A stretch of 64,000 nucleotides of DNA from Catajapyx aquilonaris (lineage: Eukaryota): contig JYFJ02000904.1 of the NCBI GenBank assembly GCA_000934665.2, positions 1 to 64,000 on the forward strand. Direction: 5' to 3'. The notes under the pieces are model-generated. The model saw nothing but the letters and a program-made list of their open reading frames with translations, did no database searches and was not told the origin of the DNA. The position numbers were made by a program, and so were the translations under genes. Below are positions 54,408-64,000 of the stretch, in pieces (the stretch's first letter is position 1; each line of letters begins with the position of its first letter).

Positions 54408-57400
54408 TCAATCTTTACCACCCCCATTCTGTGTTGCATTGTTGGAACCACCACCATTGTTGTTTTCCTTGTCTGAGCAGGAGGATCCCTTCCCACTCTC
54501 AGTACTCTGTGTCCGCTGGTAGACAGGGTGCCTCCCTAGTGGGGGTGCTGAGCTCGGACCCACAACAGAGGCAGTGCTGGGAGTGCCTGGAGTCGCATCT
54601 CCCCTTCCCCCTACTACAGACCCACCCCCAAGCCCACTACCTCCAACATACCTCCCAAGAGGCCCATCTGCTCGGACATTCATCTCCCCACGCATGAACC
54701 TCTCTAACTTGTCCACACAAGCATCCTGATAGTCATGGATCCAGCGGACACCATTAAAGTAGCACACTGCACGCATGTCTTCTGGGAGAGCCTCTGGCTC
54801 TGGCCATTGAAAATTGTCAATTATGGGTATGATGTTGCACTGGGACTGAAGTGCAGCCACAATCTCCTGTAATAGCCCAATGCATAATTATTGTACAAAA
54901 CTATACAGGATATATTTCAGTTTATCTTCAAGGATAACTCACCCTATGGACCCAATCCTTGCATTCTACGTCTGCAATACATCGATCTAGTGCCTCGGGT
55001 GTGAGTACAAGTAGGAAGTGCTTTGCCTGACGAATGCTCTGCAGGAGGTTGTTGTCAAACTTGCCAGCCTCCAGCCTCTCCACATCAATAAAGACAGTGA
55101 ACCCACGAAGTTGCAAGTGCACCTTAAGCAAGCTAGCAAGCTGAGATCCATTGGAGCGACGATAGCTCACAAACACGTCCAGAGACTTGTCCAGGTTCTC
55201 GTCAGAGGCCGTTGACAGGCCAGAATCAGCTGATAAAACATAACATATCATTGTAAAGCAACAAGAAGGCCTAGACTTGTCAAAAACTCGTGGGATTTGA
55301 TGTCTGACTCACCTCTGAGAGCCTCTGCAATCTTGAGCCTGTGAATGGAACTGTCAATTCCACATTCTGTGAGAAGTTGCTCTTCATGCAAGCAGCGCAG
55401 CACATCCTTATCTACCCCTGCATTTAGCATGGAGTATGTATAGATGGAATATTCTACACTGATGTTGAGCAGGAAAGCATTGAGGTTGCTAGTGTCACAG
55501 CTGCTGTAGTCAGCCATCTTCTTCAAGTTACGCAGTTCCCTCATGAAGCGCTTGCGCAAAATGCCATTCTTCATTGTAATATCATCTCTTAGCATGTCCT
55601 CAGTCAGTTGCAAGAGGAGATCTCCATCCACTCGACTCTCCACAAAATCCCCAGCATACTGGGAAAATCCAATCTGTTTGACCCACTCACGGACGTCCTC
55701 AATGGACCACAGAGGCACCTGCTGGCTCAGCTTGTGTGGAACTTCCTCCCCAATCAGCTGCAGTGCCTGGGCTGCATACTTGGATGCAATGGCATTGGGA
55801 GAGGAAGCTACTTTCTTCAATGGCTCAACTGCTCCAATATCCCGGAATATCTCAGTGTTGCCCTGCTTACGCCGGATTCCAGCCTCCATGCAAAAGTGGA
55901 AGGAGGCCAGATTACGTGCTTCCTCTCGCTTTGAACTCAGTACAGGCACAAGTCGCTGGAGCCAGTTTTTAGACTGTCCGTGGGCATGGGCCTGGTTTGA
56001 TGCAGCAAACTCAGATGGAGAGTGTGTCGTCACAAAGGGTTCCACCAGCTCCAAGGTGCCTGATCTGAGGACAGCTGCTTCAATCTCCTTATTGGCCACC
56101 AGCACAGCAATGGCCAGGCAGGCATAGTACTTGATGTTGTCATCCTGGTTGAATGCCAGGGGGAACAACCACATGGGTACCTTCCTCTTGATCATTGCCT
56201 CTTGGTTCTCAGCTCCACCATACAGTGAAAGGTTAGCCAGGGCCCCAGCGCAGTGTCGCAGTGTCTGGATGTCGTTTCTCCTACATTCAAACAGAACAGC
56301 ATCCAAGCCTCCCAGCCGAATTACATCTGAGCAGGTACCCTCACTGTGCTTGAACAGGTGTTCCAGGATCCCAGTACCAACTCGTGACTGCTCGGCACAT
56401 CTGATGCTGTTGGCAGTACACATGCAGGCAACTTGTACAACTGTTTCCAGTCCAGTCTCAACCACATGTGCTCTGTTTTCAGTTGTGAGGCATTGTTCCA
56501 GAAGGCGTGCACTAGAGAACTGAAGGTCCATGTTCCGTGACCGGCAATTTTGGATGAGTACGTCAAGGCCACCAGTATTCCTGACCACATTGCACAGGGA
56601 ATAGCCTAGCTCATGACCATGTGTAGCTACAGCCCATGCCTTGCACATCATCTCGCTAACTCCATTGAGAAACTGTGGGGCCTCTTCTTCCCTAACCCGC
56701 TTCAGGTGTTCCATGCAATTGGACATAACAGCTGAGTACTTGGTGATGGCCTGTTCCACCTCACGGGAACTGGAGTCTGCATTTAGCATTTCCAGGTCTT
56801 CAAATGATGGTAGGGCAGAAGACGAGTCAGAACCAATCAGAGCTTCAGTAACTGCTTGGCTCATGTGAGATGCTGAAGATGCTGAGGAAGAAGACACCAT
56901 GGAGGAAGAATGGGCTTTGGTGCACACTCCCTTTGCAGTGATGGTCAGTTTGGATTGGGATGAGGCAGCCATGTGTTTCTCTTGGTTGAAGATGCCTGAT
57001 GACGTCACAGTCTGCCTCTGCTGCTGTGCTGCCATCGCCATCTGGAAAGGATGTTTTATTGGGTCAGGACACTTCAGCCATCTTCCAATTATCTAATTAA
57101 TTACTCCAGATCCCATTATAGTAGATGGTTCCCCACAGTTTGCCCCAGGTCATGTCAGGCTGTGAGAACTATCAGTAATGGGGCTATATACACTTGGAAG
57201 GTTTCTATTGCCTCCTCCCTAAGTTCCAGTGTAAGTGACAGTAATGCTCAGAATTGTTGATGATGATGACCAATGATGCACACCAAAGGAATCTTATGAA
57301 GAAGATTGCTCTAAATTATTTTTACATCATGATATCACCCATGCGAGGCTCTTTATGCCAAGATACAAGTGTGTACAAAAAATCTGACATTCTTCTTCCT

Positions 57401-60400
57401 AGCGCACAACTACTGCATTCACATGAGTCTTTCACAGTAATATTTAAGCCTAGTAAAATAATATCTGGTAAACAAAAACCAACACATTTTCTTTCAACAA
57501 AACTATTGAAATTCACATTCGACTTGAAACTTTGCACTGTCACTTTTACACTTGCCACTTGATAGCACCAATTCCTATCATCATGACATAGTTGGATCTC
57601 TGCCAAAACGCATCTAATTTCTAAGGAATAGTCACAAAAGGTCATTCTTCTATTATTGAAGTGGGAAATTAAATTAATTAATAAATAAAGCATACGTCCA
57701 AAGAATAGAAACATCCGGAAGCTTCAACTCTCTGATTAGTATCGACATGCAACAATCACACAAGTCCATAGAGAAAAAATATCTAGTTATCTGTTGCCAT
57801 TGAATCAATGCCTAGATCTACAACACTGTAATGAGAACAACTGCAGTTCCACCAACGAGAAAGAACAACTCACCTTTTCTGCACTGAAAGAATCAGACTG
57901 AAGTTTCATGCTGGATGCTGCAGAAGTTCTCATCTCCTGCTGGGAAATGTCACCTGCCTTCAAGGTCCTCTGCTCCTATAAAAAAATCAAGTCTTAACAA
58001 ATTGACTCAACACTCACCACATGTGACAAGTCATACCGTAATCCTCATGTTGCCCATCACACTCCCCCACTCACAAAAAAAACTATTTCCTCAGTGCAAT
58101 GTAACTGAACTGAACTCTTCAAGACCAACCACGCAAATGTGGCGTAAGAGGTTCGTCTGCTGACTAACCCTCCTCTAATAGCTTAAGCCAACGCATAAAA
58201 TCCTCACCTTTGCCAAGAATCAGTAGGAGTTTTGCAATGCCAAGTTCAACTCAGAAAGTAATCCATATGCTTTCATATGATTTTATCCCCTCAAGGTTTT
58301 CTATTTTCCATTCTTTCCTTTAGTTATGGAAATGCATCTCATTTAAGACTCCCACATTTGCCCTGAGGTATCACCAAACGCATAATTGATGTTTGTTCCC
58401 GTCTAACTAGTTACCTAATTAATGTCTCCTCTTGATGACCTCTACCTTGTAAGGAAAGACCACCTTCTGTTGCATGACTGCCATATACAGATTCAGTTAT
58501 TCCAGAGCCTTCCAGAAGGTCGCCAATCTTTACTTTTAGAAACTGGCGTGTCTATGACCCCCAAGGTTCTCCACATTTTACCAATTGTTTTAAGCTTAAC
58601 CTGACAACAATCCATCTAATCAGAATTCAATATCAGAACTCATACAATTCACTGAAAAAGCACAGGATCAAGACCCAGCTCCCCTTGGCATTCCACATGC
58701 CGAGGGCAAATTTCTGGACTACCTTCAACTATTCCACTTGAATATAAATTACGCAGCTCTATTATTATGCACTTCAGTAGGAATTCCTAAAAAAGCACAG
58801 CTTCATATTGGGTACGGTATTCCTATATGTAGTGGCATGCGACAAAAGTGACGTGGGGATCGCCGGGTGACAATCTCTTCTTTTCTGTAGACATTGATTA
58901 GTTACATTAGTTATTATTAGCATATGAAATTGTTGCTTCCTGCAACCTTCACAGAAATTCATCCAGAATTCAGTACAGAGCCTCCCGTTTTTTCGCACTC
59001 GATTAAATAGGAAAAATGGCTCATAAATTGCACCCTACAGCTCTGGACCACCCCGCAGGCGTGACACATTTGCATAATTAACCGGTGGTCCAGCAAAGCC
59101 GGCTGCCAAGGGCTAAGTCTCTGACAGTGTCCGTCCTTGGCTTCAGAAAGTGCCAGACTTCTTCCTAAACATTTTGGTTGGTCACTTTGGTGCGTGGGTT
59201 TGGCCCACCAGGTGACTCACAGTTCTTTCCTACAAATCCCAAACAACATGTATGGCGTCATACTACATACCTGTCTCTAATTCTAAGCTTACTAACAACT
59301 CTTGCTGCCAACTGACGTCTGCCTCTTTTTTTTCGTCTTTCTTTCTTGTAATGGCTCCCAGCATCCGGGAAGCAAAATAACTTGATCAAAAGAGAGCTTT
59401 ACAAAAAGTGAAGCTGGTTTCTTCTCACACTGCCTAATTAGGCTTTTATTATCTGGTGCCTGAGAAATGGCCACTAGACGCCTCTGCCTCTTTTGACAAA
59501 TGGTCCTTCAATGGCGCGCCTTTAGCACCTCCATTGTCTGTCTTGCAAGCTCTCAAATGATTGCCTTTCTTCTTGCCGCGTGTGATTAAGCCAAGGTTAC
59601 TAATTACTCGGAGGGGGTCAAACTTCGTGATGCTTCAATACAATACCTTCTAATATACTGAGCAGTTGTGGGGAAATACCCAGTTTTCTACTAATCTGAT
59701 TAGAATTCGGAGTAGGCACTTTCAGGTCGGTTTATTGATGCTCAGCACGTCAAATGGCAGACCAATTAGTAGAATGGGCTTCTTGGTTACACCCCTACGA
59801 GAACCGCCTGGTGCGAGCCACATGCAAAGCTTAAAAACATGTCAACCCGAGGTCATCCACCTGGAAGGCACCTGTTGTATGACCCTACCCTATGGCCCAC
59901 TCTTTGCATCTTTCCCCTGGAGGGATGTGCTTGTTGGAATGTCACTTCACCTCTCTCTCAACTGATGCATTCATCACCAGTATCCCATTCGTGTCACCCC
60001 AAGGCGCATTGTGAGGTTGAAGACTGAATATTTTATGAAGGATGATGCATGAACTTGTCATGCCAATTTTATATTATCTTTGACACCATCTCAAGATTCG
60101 TAAAAAAAAAAGAAAAAAGAATCGCTACTACAGTATTTACAGATACACAGCAGCATACAGGGTAATTAGCATTTCTGCATGACTATGCTGCGGCAGTGAC
60201 ATCATTCGGAAGGCAACTGGTTTGCACGATTTATTTCCGCTTGAGTCTAATTGACTGGTTTTTTGCCTTTTGCAGGGGTAATGATGTGGAACAAATTGAA
60301 AAATTATTATATTCAATGTCCCATATACGAGTGGCTACTGAATGCGACCGAACCGGATCCCTCACAATCAGAGGGATAAGTAAACATCAGGTAATGAGTA

Positions 60401-61983
60401 TTTATGGCCCGTTATTCATTGTTTTGCCACCGGCTTGACAGTGACAGGACTCTACATCATCGCTGCCTTTCTTACCCGAGGTTCTCAATATTTCACATCT
60501 TTTTGCAAGTGAATGTTGATATCAAGTACTGTGCAAGGTTATGTTTTAAAAACTTGTCCAGATTAAAGGAATGCTTTTTGAAATTGCAAATCATGTGACT
60601 GTCAATTCCTGCTTTTGTTGGTCAACTGATTGGAATGATAAGAGGCAAGTAGATAAAAAAGTGCCAACCTGCTTGAGAGCTGTAGCCTTCTCAGCTGTGA
60701 CACCATCCATCTCGAGTGTGGCCCTCATTGCTGCAGCTGCACTTTTCTCTTCATAGCTCATGTCACCTGCCTGCACCCGCTTCACCTCTGCTGCATTTGC
60801 AGTTGCCTTTTCAGCACTAAACTTGTCAGTCATGATTTTTGTCTTGGAAGCCTGAGTCATTCTCTTCTGCTCAAACTTCATCTCACAATTGTTGGCATTG
60901 CACGCATTGACTGTCGCAGATGTTATTGGTGAGACAGCGGAATTGGAGGAAACTAGGCCAACATTGTTCACCAAGTTGGGGGAAGACAGGCCAACCAAGG
61001 CCCTTGAGTTGGTCTCGTCTTCATCTAGGTCTAAATTTTCCAGAGAGCAACTCTGCAATGGAACAGTACAAGACGAATAAGCAAATAACACTGCATTAAC
61101 TTATTTCGTAGCTCATTTCATATCGTGCAAAATTACCTTGAGGAATATTGGATTAGAGTTGTTTGCAGCAGTAGCTGCAGTAACAGACATTCCTCGACTA
61201 AAGTTTCGTGCTTCGCTACTGCTCTGCTGCGTCGTGAACTGGTGAGCTGCACTCTTCATCTCTGAGATACTAGACTTCAATTCAGAAAGATTCGATTTGA
61301 GCTCCTGTGAGCTCATGGACGACGAAGATGTGGCAGAGGATGTGGAAGAAGATGAGGAAGACTTAACCTCACTGCTGCTGGATACCGAGTGCTGCATCAT
61401 CTGTGACCGCTTTGCAACCCGTGAACTGGCAGTGCTCAATACCTACATGAGAAAAAAACGGTCCTTTACTTATGCATTCAGTGAGTCTTCACTCAAGTGT
61501 GTACACAGTCAGCACCACGACTTATTATTATGCTTCTCCCCACCCCATCCCTCCCCTTCAAACCCGGCCCTCATCAAGGTGTGCTCCCCACCCTCCAACC
61601 AGTTTCCATGTAAGGATTGGATTTTCCTCTTGGAATGAGAGAGACAGCAAAGTCCACCCCGCCCTGGCAACAACCTCCACCTGCAAGACTGCTGGCCCCA
61701 ACACAAGTACACTCCCTTAACCGCTAAAAAATTAATGGATATTTTAGCAGGTTACCTGAGCTGCTCCCATCTTATCATTAGTGAATGCGGCTTGGGCGCT
61801 ATTCAGGCGGTTCAGCACTGGTCCATGGGTCTTCTTCGGGTGGAAGTGTGGTGCGGTGCCTACTACACCACTCCCTCCTCCACTGCCTTCTAGGATGGGC
61901 GACATGTCACCGTTAGCTACTGGTGATGACGGGGTGCCAGGAAGCTCAGTGATGCTGACACCGTCAGAGGGGAATTCGGCCAT
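54408..61983 (-). CDS. SARM1: NAD(+) hydrolase SARM1/Ect4 (ARM - 2xSAM - TIR), up to the first in-frame stop
   Basis: Exons 61983-61756, 61442-61137, 61052-60669, 57975-57874, 57041-55313, 55229-54943 and 54866-54408 are phase-compatible. ARM '[15 protein letters not shown]...WLFPLAF'; SAM '[18 protein letters not shown]'; TIR '[27 protein letters not shown]...DWVHR|EIVAAL' with the catalytic Glu. Further 5' exons may lie upstream. Confidence 0.96.
58200..58800 (-). pseudogene. Highly degraded LINE (CR1/L2-like) reverse transcriptase fragment in a SARM1 intron
   Basis: Minus-strand 'tggaatgccaaggggagctgggtcttgatcctgtgcttttt' resembles a decayed GVPQGSVLGPLLF motif; a later 'LGV'-like patch; many stops and frameshifts. 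Confidence 0.3.
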
Positions 61984-62579
61984 CTGCAAAAATTGTGTAC
62001 ATTAGAATCAATGTTGTTATTTACTAAGAGCCACACTTGAGTCAGGCAGGGGGGTCATTCAGAAGGCGAGTCATATTCGAAGAGGGCTGTCCCAGGCGAG
62101 GGAGTAGCCAAAAGCCGCCAAAGGGGACCCAATGAAGGGGTGAACATTTCAGAGAGGAATCTTCCTTCCTTTCCCCTCCGCCCCAGCATCAGGGCCATCC
62201 TAAGACCGCCCCACCCTCTCAACCCGTCCGAGCCTTGGCTCCTCAAGGATGACCACTCTGAAACACACTTCCTTCCCCTTACACATGCACACATTCATAC
62301 TCGCACATACGAGCCAGCACGCATGTTCCTTTCACATGCTGCAGGCCTTGATTCAAATGACAATACAACTGTCACAATGCTCCATGTCAAGCGCCTGTCA
62401 ATATGATTTTATGTTGAATCACTCTTTCACCTGCATGTTACAATATAATTATTATACATCACGCATAAGGTGACTCAGCGAATATTTCCAAATTTGCCAT
62501 TATCATGTATGCCATACATGTTCACATGAATTCTCAGGTGTTAAAACTAGCTTTCATATTGCCAATACTATGTATCATT

Positions 62580-63900
62580 AGCACATTCATTAGTCGGTGT
62601 CCGTACCCAAGGTTCTTCTAGGTGTGTCGCTCGCGACGCTCTTAAATCATACAGTGTAAGTTTTCAACAGGCACTGGCTAATTAACGAGCAGCAATTCGC
62701 CTGTAGCTGTTTCTTTGACTGATTGGCAGTAAAAGTGTGGATAGATTGGCTCAACTGACCGACTTGAGGAAGGCCAGCCGGGCTCGGTCCAAACCGTTGC
62801 CAACACCAGTCGGTGAAGTTGGTGGTGGTCGGCGACGCCGATTTCTGGGTGGTGCCACCGGCATCAGCAACCAGATGCACTTGGGCCTGGCACTAAAGCT
62901 CACTTTCTTCACCATCTATTCCACAAACCTCGCCCAAAAAATATATCCGATGACATCAGAGCTGACCAAACCCTTCCGCATGTCAACTCGTGTCTTCCTC
63001 AAGGGTGTAGATGTCTCAACCCCGGATAAGATCGCCACTTGTCTTATTCTTCGACCCACGTTTCCACCAGACGAGATGATTAGGATCCTCTGACATCATA
63101 CCACTATCAGCACAAAAAAAGTTGTTGTATCCACCACAGAATCCTCCGAAAAGCTTCCCCTTTCAAATTCGAGATGGTCTTTGGTCAGCATCACTTTCCC
63201 TTCGGCAGAAGCTCCCCACACGAGGTCACAACCGGACCTGCTAGCTCTTGGCCGACTACTAGACTAGCCCAGACCAGAGGCAACAAGTTCGTTTGGCCAA
63301 ACAGCCTCCCACGCACATCAACCGTCCCAAACTCCTCCTCATGTATCCTGACGTCAATAGCTCCTGGTAAACAATTCTGTGCGTCGTTTTGTGACTGAGG
63401 CGTGAAGGTCGGTATGTAATATGCACCTATTGTTTTATTCCAAGCCCAGACAATATCTGCAATCGCGCTGTATATTTTAGTAACACATCTGAGAGTCACT
63501 CGGGTTACTAGGTGCAAGTCCGTTGCCCTTTAGTCCGAGGTAGAGGATCGACGTACTGGGGTGCCCTGTTCCATCAGCTCTTTTCACGCCCTTCAACCAC
63601 GCCCATCTCTCTGCAAGCTCACCGGATGTTGGGTAATAACTCACCCAGGGCCCGTGTGGCACTTGTTCATCAGTAAGTGCTCGAAAACGCCCTTTTTCGG
63701 AGAGCACGGTCTGACCTTCAAGACTGATTTGAATTTCGTTATATAGGCAGGTTAGGTGGCAATATACAGAATTTTTACACTAATAGCAGCCTCCTTCAAC
63801 TGAACTTTTAAAAGCCATCAACGCAATCAGCATCCACATGTGCTGACCTTTCCCGTTACTAAACAAACATACAAGGAAGACGTCAACATTACTCACTCAA
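62580..63900 (-). pseudogene. Possible degraded non-LTR retrotransposon of the restriction-like-endonuclease (R2/NeSL-like) type
   Basis: Fragments 'STSILYLGLKGNGL' (similar to the post-RT LY.P...GGLG motif) and 'HLEEPWVRTP' (similar to the EP motif before the endonuclease PD); no intact ORF. Confidence 0.25.
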
Positions 63901-64000
63901 TGCCGCGTAATCCTGCCATGAATCATACTGATCGCTGATAAATCACGTGGCAACATAGTTGTATACACAAAACGGTGTACGGAAAACCCAACCCAACCCC

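Noticed and set aside
13373..56590. Many antisense or alternative-frame ORFs overlapping HECTD4, UBE4A and SARM1 exons
   Set aside because: Shadow ORFs of real coding exons, with no independent motifs or splice support.
49796..61983. Functional 'Wallerian degeneration' cluster (Ube4 next to SARM1)
   Set aside because: The WldS fusion involves Ube4b and acts through Nmnat. The gene here is the UBE4A paralog, and adjacency alone shows no functional link.

Overview
Eukaryotic genomic DNA, probably arthropod or insect, with spliceosomal introns, many only 50-100 nt. It holds six protein-coding genes. (1) The 5' half of Drosha on the minus strand, running off the left edge; it was found only by splicing short exons missed by the ORF track. 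(2) A two-exon F-box/LRR gene (+), possibly nested antisense in Drosha's first intron. (3) HECTD4 (-, ~22 kb). (4) FYVE-containing Rabaptin-5 (-). (5) UBE4A (+), divergent from Rabaptin. (6) SARM1/Ect4 (-), convergent with UBE4A. The best candidate for new biology is in SARM1: its stop codon sits in the programmed-readthrough context UGA-CUAG, and the frame stays open through two further spliced exons (~190 extra residues). A ~200-bp inverted repeat lies inside a Drosha intron. Introns also carry near-perfect palindromes, MITEs (Tc1/mariner, hAT, PIF/Harbinger), tRNA-derived SINEs, two inferred GC-AG introns and decayed non-LTR retroelement fragments. Gene identities rest on recognising motifs from memory; no database search was run.
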